Part shown: positions 12,001 through 22,236 of the stretch, in pieces
How the letters are laid out: each line of letters opens with the position of its first letter
Numbering within the stretch: position 1 is the stretch's first letter
DNA from: Tubiluchus corallicola
Lineage: Eukaryota > Animalia > Priapulida
Length of the DNA stretch: 64,000 bases
Direction of reading: 5' to 3'
NCBI GenBank assembly: GCA_030141605.1
Contig: JAQGDQ010000202.1
Span: 27,097 to 91,096 of the forward strand
The notes under the pieces: generated by a model
The model's database searches: none
Told to the model about the DNA's origin: nothing
The model's input: the letters and a program-made list of their open reading frames with translations, nothing else
Made by a program: the position numbers and the translations under genes

Positions 12001-13682
12001 GCAGTTCGGTAATCATTACCTAGCAAAAAGGGCATAGGAAGACTATCAGACACTGCCACTCTCAATCTACCATTAACTAGCATACATTCCACCTCAACGA
12101 CAGCTATACGTGTATTTTTAGCATCGCCATGCACACACCAAATTTTGGTATAATTTTCACTTTGTAGAAACTGTTCTGGACGGACATAACGTGGTTGGAT
12201 CAAACTCACGCTAGCACCAGAATCTCTTATACCATCGATACAGATACCATTAATTTTAGCTTTAAAGCTAAACTCATCAGACTCAGGCACACACTCGGGC
12301 ATAGCCGCAGGTAAACTGGTAGAGTGACTGGTATTTCCTGTCTTGGCCAAGAATTGACGACTAGGATTTCTACTCTTGCCACTAGTTTCACCATAATTAG
12401 GGCGTTTCGGGCACTGGATCCTTTTGTGTCCAAGTTCTCCACAAGTATAACAGCGTATCTTCTTCATGACGTCATTATTCATCTTTTTTCCAGAACCATT
12501 TGAAAAAACTGCCGGCCTAGAATTTCCACGCTGTTGTTGCATTTGTTTAAGTTTTGAAGCAGTACCTAATGCATTAGAAGCAATGTACAAATCAGCTTTC
12601 TCTGCCACCTTTTCCATTGTCTTCTGCCCTTGCTGCCTGACCCAAATGCTCATTTCACGGGGCATCAATGTAAGGGCCTGCTCAATACATAGCAGTTCAC
12701 AAACGTTCTCAAAGGTGGACGCTTCTTCGGCTTTCAGCCATTCTTGCAGGGCACGATCAAGCCGTACAAAAAGCTGACGGAATGTTTCATCCGGTCTCCG
12801 AGTAATCTTGCGGAAACGTTCAAGATACATGTCATTGGAGAGGACATAGGCAGCTAACAAAGTCTTCTTTACAACATTGTAATCTTGCATGCTGTCAAGT
12901 GGTACTTGTTGAAAAGCCTGGGCTGCTTTTCCAGATAAAGCTGGGCCCAGCGATGCAGCAAAGTGTTTCTCTTCAAGGCCATTAGCTTTGGCTACTGCTT
13001 CAAACCACTGTAAGAAAGTATGCAGATCATCGGTTCCCTCTGTAAATACACGTGATAACTTTACACGGGGTATTCGAGATGCGGTTGTAGTAAGTATGCC
13101 ATCAGGTGATTGAGGAGGAACCTGTGTCACGTGACTTGGAGATGTGGCATCCAGCTCACGAAGCTTCAACTCAAACTGATACTGCTCTTTCTGCATTCGT
13201 TCTCTGCGTTCCTCACGCTCACGTTGCCATTCTCTCTCTTCACGTTGCATACGTTCACGCCTTTCTTCACGTTCCCGTTCCCATTCACGCTCTTTCTCAC
13301 GCTCTACTAACTTTAACTTTTCAATGTTGTAAAGGGATACTGAACGTTCTGTCATCTCATCATTCGCAGGCTTACCATTAATACCAGAATGCAAGGTAAG
13401 GTCGGCAGGAGGGGGAGTTGCTAACAGTTGATCAGACACACGTCTGCGTCCACTCATCTGCGCAACAGACACACTCGGTGTGCTTGACACACCTCCAACT
13501 TCTTTCGGTCTAACACTAGGTTCCCCTGTCGTCACAGGGTTACCCTGTGCATTTATGATTATATCAATTATTCCGGCCTTATTTGTACCCTGTTGTAAAG
13601 TTAGCCTACGTTCAACCGTTATCTGCTTTAAGACAGGTACAGTTAGTTGCTGCAATTCACTCTCCACGTAAACGCGTGACAT
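9030..13682 (-). CDS. Gag-Pol polyprotein, order gag(SCAN-like, CCHC)-protease-integrase-RT-RNase H
   Basis: Uninterrupted ORF (first ATG 13682). CYTCGELGHKRIQC knuckle 12411-12452; DSGA protease ~12213-12224; HHCC (HDAHMAGH...CVPC) and D,D,E integrase core ~10850-11480; RT with LDLSKAYWQ and YIDD (~9822-9833); RNase H TDAS...EIE...D. Confidence 0.95.
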   Translation of the reverse strand: MSRVYVESELQQLTVPVLKQITVERRLTLQQGTNKAGIIDIIINAQGNPVTTGEPSVRPKEVGGVSSTPSVSVAQMSGRRRVSDQLLATPPPADLTLHSGINGKPANDEMTERSVSLYNIEKLKLVEREKEREWEREREERRERMQREEREWQREREERRERMQKEQYQFELKLRELDATSPSHVTQVPPQSPDGILTTTASRIPRVKLSRVFTEGTDDLHTFLQWFEAVAKANGLEEKHFAASLGPALSGKAAQAFQQVPLDSMQDYNVVKKTLLAAYVLSNDMYLERFRKITRRPDETFRQLFVRLDRALQEWLKAEEASTFENVCELLCIEQALTLMPREMSIWVRQQGQKTMEKVAEKADLYIASNALGTASKLKQMQQQRGNSRPAVFSNGSGKKMNNDVMKKIRCYTCGELGHKRIQCPKRPNYGETSGKSRNPSRQFLAKTGNTSHSTSLPAAMPECVPESDEFSFKAKINGICIDGIRDSGASVSLIQPRYVRPEQFLQSENYTKIWCVHGDAKNTRIAVVEVECMLVNGRLRVAVSDSLPMPFLLGNDYRTAVTPFSIKQSFSTPPKSVDLECVTPENSDTSYYFDELLSGNTNVAKQAGNSKKAFAVTRSKAKQLQAEAKSEKKLLSSLNADQKAEKNIASGVDTKAQQQQLSQLSKEQLQQEQRDDVSLRNLRDHAVTETAARAQRKGYFIKDGVLYYLTREKRDAEPYELLVVPKSRRLAVLSLAHDAHMAGHLGIRKTTQRVLQECIWPRVKRSVIQYCRSCVPCQKTARIKLSDKAKLKPLSIPSIAFRTIAMDIIGPMKRTPSGNKYALVIIDHATRYPDCYPLPNIETTTVVKALLQYICQHGIPREILTDRGTQFTSQLIHDLEQALGVKGIFTSPYNPQGNGLTERFNGSLKSCILKVMQNEKHLPWDETIPFILFAFREVPLESTGYAPFQLVYGFPVRGPLAALKERWGSVEAPKWEEIDDYVTRIINTVEEATTDAHEALQKAKISQKKWYDKTTSERSLEIGQKVLVLMPEGKSKMQKRYRGPFTVGNGDVKVDEQEENECSLKLPEYAFPPSASPTQSLNDVAYDSHLNDEQISQLAAVLAEFSELFTDLPVRTELVQHRITLTNPTPVRQRPYRTPHARREVIRKELEEMQKLQVIRRSNSEFSSPVVLVPKKDAASGFRFCIDYRLLNARTAFNHYIMPRVDDIVDGMHGALWITTLDLSKAYWQIKLAEESQAYSAFVTEFGKFEFVVMPFGLVNSAQTCQSLVDRVLEAADEYAHGYIDDIMIKSNTWQFHLQHIRLVLALLRRAGLTLKPKKCNFAQTETKFLGYVVGKNRLRPQVEKIQKIHETPRPQTKRQVRAFLGLIGFYRRFIPMFSSIAVPLYALLEKNAPVHVDWNEECERSFLELRTALNLDTVLHSPDFSQKFVLTTDASFSGIGGVLTQVQSELGEVPITHVSRKLTTCERNYSVVEIELLAVVYSVSKLRYYLEGHEFIVRTDQRSLLALPRMKRNNRRLCTWALILQEFHFTVENIAGKDNIVADSLSRL

Positions 13683-14221
13683 TCTAATCACAGGATAATA
13701 TAGGACAAATAGTAGTTACAGTGAAAAAACTTTATGCTTGCAGAATATTTATAGATCTATCATTCAACTGACCCACACTGGCTCAGCGCATACAGACATA
13801 CAAAAATACTGTATATTAGGGGTAATGTAAGTGCAAATCAAACAAAGTAGCAAACTAGGAATATACAAAATCTAGGCCAAGACTTTTGACTAGCCTGCAA
13901 CGAAATAACGGTTTCACTAGCACTTGAAACGTTTACAGTGTAATCAAGGACAAATCGGCATTCAAGTCGGCATACACCTGGAATTATAGCGTTTACGAAA
14001 TCTGCAGGAAACCTATTTAAATAATAGACAAAACACATTCAACTGAGTAATCAATAAAGTCACTCAACGGAAGATGCTATGTTCTTTCGATATGCTTTTG
14101 CCCAAAGATTCCCCCAGAAAATTAGCTATGTAACTAATTACCTGAAAGTAAATATCATTAAATTCTCAAAATGCTGACAAAGAATTTTATTCCTACCGAG
14201 TTACACCAAATAAAGTCAAAT

Positions 14222-14239
14222 ATCCCACTTCTGACACCA
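14222..14239 (-). other. Primer-binding site complementary to tRNA-Leu 3' end
   Basis: TGGTGTCAGAAGTGGGAT, 3 nt inside the 5' LTR; complements the ...ATCCCACTTCTGACACCA 3' end of metazoan tRNA-Leu (sequence from memory). Confidence 0.85.
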
Positions 14240-14242
14240 TAA

Positions 14243-15230
14243 TGTGACGATGTAGTCTAAGTTCCGTTATTGTAAATATGTGGTTCGTGACTTAAGTGTA
14301 ACCCTTAGGTAAAGAATAAAACACTTAGTCGAAAACACTGAGAAGAAACAACTGAATTAATAAAATAATACAACAATTTAATTAATATCCCAAAATACAT
14401 TACAAGACAAATGTTAATAATAAAGATTAAGCCGGCTAAGAAGAGAAAGAACAACGTAATGTTTTTCACCAGTCCAGTCTTGGCATCATCAAGCGACTAT
14501 TCTCCTGCTCCCATTCCGCGGCATCTCCTCACCAGGGGCTTGATCGAGGAATGGTGCACCATAGAACGGTTGACTACACTAGCTCTTCATGGATCTGATT
14601 ACGTGAACGACGTCTCCAAACTTTGACGACTCCTGATGTACACGCCTCCACTAATACGACGCCAAAATGGGGTAGCATCCAAGCTCCTGCACTCGTCGCA
14701 AGGTAAGGATTACCAATTTTGTAATCACAGCATCCCGCACCAACGACAGTATCATCAACGTCAGGTAAATACGAGTAAGTATCATCAGCAGCAGATATCA
14801 TCGACAACTGGTAAGTGATGTATCATCAGCGTCAGGAAAATATAATCAGAAATAGGTAAGTATCATCGCTAGAATGCAACTATCGTCTCTGTCGTAACCA
14901 GGTAGACAGATCGCTTTTCTACAAGCAAGCACTATTACTACTAACCCATCATTTTATGACATGTGAACGTCCGCTTAACTCGCCAACTTAAAGCGGAATA
15001 CCAGGGCGAACTGAACAGCCAAAATTTCGTCTACGTGGCTTCAATCACATGATATAGTAGTAATGCATAAACAGTATCACTGAATGTACAGGTGAAATCT
15101 GATTTCAGAACAGGTTGGCTTCTGTCATTATACCGTTAAACATCTTAACTAAAGTTCTTTTATAAATGGTGGAATTATAACAGTAGGAACTAGTTACATA
15201 ACCTGGCCTAAAATAAGCCTGAGCATCACA
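14243..15230 (-). repeat. 5' LTR
   Basis: Copy of 7447-8434 next to the primer-binding site; minus-strand TATAAAA at 15158-15164 and ATTAAA at 14377-14382. Confidence 0.95.
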
Positions 15231-15804
15231 CTTGGCTATCATTAAACTGAAGTATCCAATGCTACACTAAACTAACTCCATATCTCCTTCAATAAGTAAT
15301 CTACTTAATAACAAAGTGATATATATTTAGCAGTTCAAATGTTCTTTAAATTTTTGCACATTTTGTGGAAACCTGAACCATGCAACATGGGTCAGATGAT
15401 TTGACAAGCAGCAATTCCGGTTCATCTGTACTCAAAAACCTCCAAGACAGTGCAGCTCTGTACGGTGTACATTATTGTACACTGAACCACATTCAAATAT
15501 AAAATTTAGCGTATGTCTCTTGAGTCAAAATAACAATTTCATAGAGTTTTCCATTTCTAAAAATATAGACAGGCCATTCCTCATACACCTCAATACAGAA
15601 TAACTGTGTACACCATAGGAGATTAGCTAGCTCAAAAGGTTATGCTGAATAAGTAATTAGTGCTTGTAATTACAAAATTAATTTCTAAATTATTATGATT
15701 ATAATAATGTACTCAATCAGCGGTCAATTTCTCACATCAGTGGACAGCCTCACATCTAAACTACAACTTCAGATGACAAAATAAGCACTTAAAGCATATC
15801 ATAC

Positions 15805-15980
15805 CTTATCGCTAAGATTGCAAAGCCTGCGCCGGATTTCTATGTCTGAGCGGGCACACAAAGCTTTCCTATTGGGTCCTATATCACTTATAGCTACATC
15901 TCGTTGTTTTTTCTGCAGCTCTGCTTTCACATGAAATAATGCAACGTCACTGTGGAGTTCAAACTTGGCATCAGGATTGC
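15805..15980 (-). CDS. ZC3H13: ZC3H13 homologue, coding exon 15
   Basis: GNPDAKFE...IGPNRKALCARSDIEIRRRL matches the conserved ZC3H13 C-terminal motif (GP..KALC.R.D..IR..L); AG/GT borders. Confidence 0.9.
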
Positions 15981-16555
15981 CTGAAATCAAAAAAAATGTA
16001 ATGAAGTAGAATTATTTCAGCAACTTTCTTTGTGGCATCAGAATGCACTTTACAATTATTCCAAATCAATTTAGGAAAAACTGCCTAGGAATTTCCTGGG
16101 AAATTAGGCTTAATTACAATGTCCGCAAAAATGTCAGAAAGAGACAGCAGTAAAACTGCAAAAGTGCCTCGTGTAATTAGCAAAATCATCTTAAATGGCG
16201 ATCATTTCGCCATTTTTGCTTGTGCACATTTCGACTGAAAAATGATGTAATTGACGAAGTAAAGAATAGGTAAGTTGCAAGTTTCAAAGTTTAAGTGATG
16301 CATGCTTACAAAAAGCCATGAAGGTAGTCAGTTATGTCGTAATTTTCAAGTGAGTGGCAGCTCTCACCATGCTGAGGAACTTTTATACAGTGATAGTATA
16401 AATCAACTTTAAGCTTTGTAGAGTTTTTCGCAATTTTTTTGTTGTATCTTTCTAAGTTGTAGTCACATCAGTAAAATAAGTCCAAGATGTTGCGCAAATT
16501 GTATTTTCTTTTAAAAAATGAATAACTGCAAAAACATTAAATAGCATGTACATAC

Positions 16556-16750
16556 CATTTTCTTGTAGTTCCTTCACACAAGCTGCTTTTAACTTGTCTA
16601 CAAGTTCCTCACCAGCAAACTGTTTTGAGATACCAACTCTTGAAATAATATTTGCCAAAGTAAATCGCTTTCTGGCTGACACAGAAACACTGAGATTTGG
16701 TCTAGGATCCTGTGCCAGACTCGCCCAATCAACATCTAAAAGATCTGTGG
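16556..16750 (-). CDS. ZC3H13: ZC3H13 homologue, coding exon 14
   Basis: DVDWASL...RFTLANIISRVGISKQFAGEEL matches the ZC3H13 'DW..L...RFT....RVGISK..AG.EL' motif. Confidence 0.9.
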
Positions 16751-17005
16751 CTAAAAATCAAATAATAAACTTGTAGAATTGGAAAACCAGAGCTAGATTA
16801 AGTTAGCATGGAAAATATGAACTTCCACTGCACAGATACATTTCATAAAGCAGAAATGAAACATGTAAAGCTGAAACATGTTGTGTCTATAAACCAAGTG
16901 CAAAGATCTAACCTATTTATTTTCAAAACTTGGCAGAATAAATGCCAAACAAAAGAGTTGTTTGGTTTAATCATTTGATCATCAAGCCTGTATAATTTTA
17001 ATTAC

Positions 17006-17164
17006 CTTTCGGTTGTGGAACAAAATTTTCTACCTCTTCTTCTTTTTTCTGCTCATCATCTTCCCTAAATATATTTTCCAATTCATCGTCACTAATTGGT
17101 TCCATTTCTGACTCAATCACAGCTGTGGCTTCAGTTTTGTCATCAAGTGGTTCTTCTACGTGAC
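17006..17164 (-). CDS. ZC3H13: ZC3H13 homologue, coding exon 13
   Basis: Acidic exon with MEPISDDELE; phase-consistent AG/GT borders. Confidence 0.85.
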
Positions 17165-18194
17165 CTTTAAAATTTACAAAAAGTGCCAGATATACTGATA
17201 CAGGAGGATTCATTCACCTAAAGAAAATGTTACAGGAGAAGGGATCAATTCGTGTAAAACAGAATGTTGTAGGTAAAAAGAAAATAACTCAATGTAGAAG
17301 ACAAAGTTGTAGCGAAAATAAATCAAATTATGCAAAAGAAATTAACTTCTGTAGTACAAAATGATGCACGAATTTTAATTTCAGCTTTGTTGTCAAAGCT
17401 AAAAATGCTTAAGACTTTTTAAGAAAAGAAAGCCTGTTTACGTATAGGACACATATATCAACCATTCCCGTAACAGCATTGTTTCCAAATAATTAACAGC
17501 TTTTAGAAGGAACACATTAACAATGTTTCGATAATGTTGATGGCATGTTAGTAGTAGTTAAAATATAAAATACAACACAGCATTTCAAAATAAAGGAAAA
17601 CTAAAAACTGACTAAAGTACTAAAATAGACAAATTATAAAATACTTTGTAAAATTAGACATAGGTTAAAAGCAAAAGACAGATAAAAGTACTAAATTGGA
17701 CAGGTTCAAGTTCTTTGCAAAATTAATCCTAATAAAAACAAAAATTAAACAAAATTTGGCACAAGTACTGAATCAGACAAATTATAAAACAGTTTGTAAA
17801 ATTAGACACAAAGTGAAGGTGAGTTTGTAAAATTTTCAGTCAATAAATCTGTGTTTAAGTGTTAAAATTTAACTAAGAAAAATTGTTTGCGACACATAAT
17901 ATACAGAAAAATACAATTACATGTATAATTACATTAAAATAAGAGCTACTTAAAGCAGTAGAAGATCGCTAACATTAATGTCGAGAATAGAAAATCTAAT
18001 TTAAAAGTTTTTGGTGAAGAGTAAATTTTATTCGCCTTAAAAATGATTTAAATCTTATATTTTCATCTATTCTGTTATAAAGCACAGCCCCACTGCATTG
18101 TAGCATTGATTTGCCATAATCAGTTTGCTGTACTGTATGTAGCACTATGCACGGTTAGTTCAAAAAATTGCCTTTTTTAAAAAACAATCATTAC

Positions 18195-18597
18195 CTTTGA
18201 TTTCATCTGGCTCTGCACTTTCAGTAGAAAGCACAGAAGCAATTTGTTCACCTTCTCCAACTCGAGGAGACAAATGACTGGCTACCTCTCTTTCTGCTTC
18301 TGCTACTGCTAAATTTACTCCCTCTGATAACTTGTCTATATCGTCTGCGAAGTTTTCTTCACTAACGTCACTGAAAGCTTCTCCAATAAGGTCTTCACCA
18401 GGTGGAAGTTTTATATCAGCGTCAAGTAAATCATCATCTGGCAATGCAAGATCTGAACATTCATGCTCTAGTGGTATATCTTTGTGTTCTTCTGTCGGCT
18501 CATCAGTACTCACTCTTGGACTGTCATCATGCTTTCTGCGATAATCTCTTTCTCTGCTGCTCTGCTTGTTTCTACTATCATCTCCACTTATTTTTTC
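18195..18597 (-). CDS. ZC3H13: ZC3H13 homologue, coding exon 12
   Basis: Open acidic exon EKISGDD...PDEIK; borders CAG/GTAAT. Confidence 0.85.
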
Positions 18598-19103
18598 CTG
18601 AAAGCAAGACATAACAAGTAAAGATTTTCTTTTCAATTTTTGTATTTTATATGTAAAAGTAGTGGCACGACATCGGTTGCATTTTCATAATAAATTAATT
18701 GGCTATGAAACCAATTTCATAATCATTTATAATTGCTTTTTAGGTCGTTTTCAGCTATTTCACGAGAAAGCAGGTGCACATGAAAACTACATGTTCATGT
18801 TTATGAGAAACATCTACATTCAAACTTCTACAACTACAGCCTGTTCAGTAAGTTATTGCACAAAGGTAGCACGATACTACTTTCCTGAAAAATACAGCGC
18901 AAATGGTATTGGCAACAGAACCAATTTGCATCACCAGCTGAAAGAATAATCGATAACTGGAATTAAAACTCGAAATTGATTAATCAGTAATAAGTAAAAC
19001 AAACGACTTATTTTCACAAGGAATTATCTAATAACGATACTAGTTTTGATTATCAATAAACAAGAAACATTGAGATGAACAGTATCAATACAGCCATTCT
19101 TAC

Positions 19104-19344
19104 TCTGTGCTTGGAATCTTCACTTCCCTCGTTTCTTGGGGAAGCATCATCGTGTCTCCTGCTGCTATAATCTTCTTTTCTCCTATCAGTCTCTGTCTCT
19201 CTCTTTCTTTCACCAACTTGTTCCCTTGTACTACCTTCTCTCTGCCAATGTTCTTCTTCATTCCAAGCATCTTCCCTGTATCGTTTCCCGGGAGGAGCAC
19301 CATACGGACTTTTATCATCGTCTCTTGGTCGTTTGCGGTTATCT
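19104..19344 (-). CDS. ZC3H13: ZC3H13 homologue, coding exon 11
   Basis: R/D/E-rich frame RDNRKRPRDDDK...DSKHR, a different frame from the ORF-track call; phase-consistent. Confidence 0.8.
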
Positions 19345-19810
19345 CTGAAATTAAAGAATTATTTTGTCTTAGTTAAAATCAGGCAACTTTCAATATGCAT
19401 AACATGTGCTCACATCAAGGAAACGTGTAATTAAACTAAGCTTTTCATGTTTTGTTCAACAAATTTTTGTTCTTGTCACAGTAACTTGCTAGTTATTTTG
19501 TAAAGTTTCACTAAAAACTAAAATGACAGGTGCTATTTATCAAGTTGGCAATATTTGCATTCTGCTCTATCACTGTAAAAATGCTGCCATCTTGATTTAA
19601 TACTAAATAGGGAATTAACAACGCAACATTTTGAATTTCAGGTTAATTTTTCAAATTTTAAGTCCATGAATGATAAATTTGTTAGATTCAGAAACAAGCA
19701 ATTGTCAAATTTATGCTAACTGAGCTCTGCTCAGGAAAGCTTGCACACTTTTCACTACCTAGCTGCTTTTTCTCTGGCTTGCCATTGCCACTAAATTCTG
19801 AAAAGAAAAT

Positions 19811-19820
19811 CACGCACGCA

Positions 19821-19879
<59 letters not shown>
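19811..19879. repeat. (GCAC)n/(CA)n microsatellite
   Basis: Read directly. Confidence 0.95.
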
Positions 19880-19884
<5 letters not shown>

Positions 19885-20480
19885 TATCAAATAGGCATAC
19901 TTCAAAGAAACTGGGCAAGGATAAAAATCTATACTTTTATACTAAAAGGCACACACTAGATACACATTGCTTTTAATAAATGCATATGTATAGGCTGAGT
20001 GATCTCGAAGTAGGTTTCATGTGATTGTCTGGTTTCGATATTTGCTTTGGAAAGTTTTCATTCTCCAAACCGAATCTGGGCATTTGCTTCGTACAGCGCG
20101 GATATAATATAAACAAACTAAGACACTTCTGCCAGTTTACTGCTCATCTTCAAGCACTACCTTTGATTATGAGCCAGGTTCTGGTGCTGCCACAAACATC
20201 TCGTCCTATCGCTGAAGGATCTACTTTAGCTAACAGTGTGCCAAAGTGTATGAACAAACGATTGCTATTTTTGGGCATTCATAACAACACAACATCTGAC
20301 TGCTACATTCTTATTTATGGAAAGGTCACTTTGTTCTGGTATAAAGTATAAGCAATAGCAATCATTACAAATACTATGATGCGGATTGTTGGTTTTCTTT
20401 GCACAGCATTCTACAAAACTTCAATTTACAGAGGCTGAAACTAACACTAAAGACATAACAGTGTAAAGATAATGTTCTAC

Positions 20481-20640
20481 CTATATTTATTGAAGTCACG
20501 ATCTCTATAATCTGGATAAGATTCACTTCCTTCTGGTTCTTGATCCATTCTATCATCATATCTATTACCAAAACCCTTGCCACGAGATCTACCTCCTCTC
20601 CGTCTTGGCATCTCCGGCTGTTCATACTGAACTGTGTCAT
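20481..20640 (-). CDS. ZC3H13: ZC3H13 homologue, coding exon 10
   Basis: DDTVQYEQPEMPRRRGGRSRG...FNKY; AG/GT borders. Confidence 0.8.
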
Positions 20641-21655
20641 CTATAAAAAATAAAGCCACTGTTAGTTGCAGGTTCCAGTTAGTTGCTAAATATAAAATAC
20701 CTGTGAAAATATTAAAAATAAGGTATAGTAAAAAGTTAGTACTTAAAAAAAAATAAATAACTAGGAATGTATAATAATGATGCTATGGTGGTGGTGGTAG
20801 TGACCAAAATGAAATTAAGTCATCATAATTGATTACTTTTTAATATGCAACTTAAGGAGGCAATGAATTAAAATGAATGAATGCTTAAAAGACACATCAC
20901 TGAGGGGGCACCTTGTGTGCTAATTCATTTCATTTAACCACACTAAAGGCACTTTTTTGGTTTGACTGCAGAAAGGGTAAACTAAAAAATGATGTGCTAT
21001 AGTAAAGACAGTGTGACAGTTTGAGTTAGCACAGAATCAAAGAGAATGTACTACAGAATAAAGTTAGTTATAATATGCAGTATTCATTTAATAATACATT
21101 TGTGCAAGGCAGAGAATTTAAAAAACGCTTTCATTTTATAACAGAGACCTCATATAATTAACATAATGCAGAAATTGCTTTCCCAAGTTACATGAAAATG
21201 ATGCATTAAATATGGGTACAGTTGACATGGGAAAATGTCAAATAGCTGAAAATTTGACAGCTTTGGTATTTGTAAAATTAAGAGATGTTGGAGATAGCAT
21301 AGGATTTTAAAAAAATAATTTTGACAGCTAATAGTTTTGCATTTCTAGAACTCTAAGCTTACATAGCAGTTAAGAAAACATAATAAAACCTTAATTCAAC
21401 ACTTTTTGTTAAATTGTACAACAAAACACGTTAGAAAAAATATCAACCTACGAAAAAAAAATAAAGAAAAGAAGATACACTACAAAATCACTAGTCTTGA
21501 TCTCCAGTGCTAAATAATTGAACTCATACATGTCCCTGTTTAGACACCTACAAAATGCCAAGTTGTAACAACACTTTTTTTATAAATTTAATTTCTTAAT
21601 GCCCTTTTTGTTCAACAACCTTGTTGTTTCATTTTAATTAATTTAGAAAATGTAC

Positions 21656-21715
21656 CTCGTGGTCTTCCTCTATTGTCTTGTCTTTCACGCTCATCAAATA
21701 ACTCACGACGATCAT
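21656..21715 (-). CDS. ZC3H13: ZC3H13 homologue, coding exon 9
   Basis: 60-nt symmetric exon DDRRELFDERERQDNRGRPR. Confidence 0.75.
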
Positions 21716-21831
21716 CTAAAAACATACTAGATCATTAGCAATGTAATAATTAGAAGCAACAAAGTCCTGCTAAAACATATACAGTATACATCTGAGCTCA
21801 TATTAAACACTAAAATATTTATCAATGCAGC

Positions 21832-21938
21832 CATCATCACTATCATCATCGTCATCATCATCATCATATCATCGTCATCACCATTATCATCACTTTCATC
21901 ATCACAATTATCATCATCACCATCGTCATCATTGCCAT
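21832..21938. repeat. Imperfect (CAT)n microsatellite
   Basis: Read directly. Confidence 0.9.
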
Positions 21939-22236
21939 TTCTAAGACCGTTGATTTGAAAGTGGAAATATTTTGCAAATGCTCTGGATTAAATTCAAATC
22001 TTTGCAGTCAACTGTGTGCAAACATTCCCTGCATTACCTGTAAGTGTCGCATAAATTGATATCTCTGTAACAGGTATTGTAGACAAGAAAAAAACAGGTG
22101 CATTTATATATGTAGTACATAAACCCATGTGCCGGCAGCATTAATACATCATATTCAACATGACGACTATATTATGACTGAAATTTCTATACTCTTAAAG
22201 TAAGTAAGTATTTGCAAGTCACAGAAAATGACTCAC

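Larger units (their letters stand above)
7447..15230 (-). mobile_element. Full-length Gmr1-like Ty3/Gypsy LTR retrotransposon
   Basis: Two 988-bp TG...CA LTRs; 5-bp target-site duplication CTTGG (7442-7446 and 15231-15235); primer-binding site; single long gag-pol ORF. Confidence 0.95.

Noticed and set aside
9030-13691. Classification as Ty1/Copia because integrase precedes RT
   Set aside because: RT, RNase H and GPF motifs are Gypsy-type; the order fits Gmr1-like elements.
15424-15481. Alternative terminal ZC3H13 exon before the LTR (TTCAG acceptor near 15482)
   Set aside because: Gives a short peptide with no family resemblance, whereas 7269-7135 matches; it cannot be fully excluded as a minor isoform.
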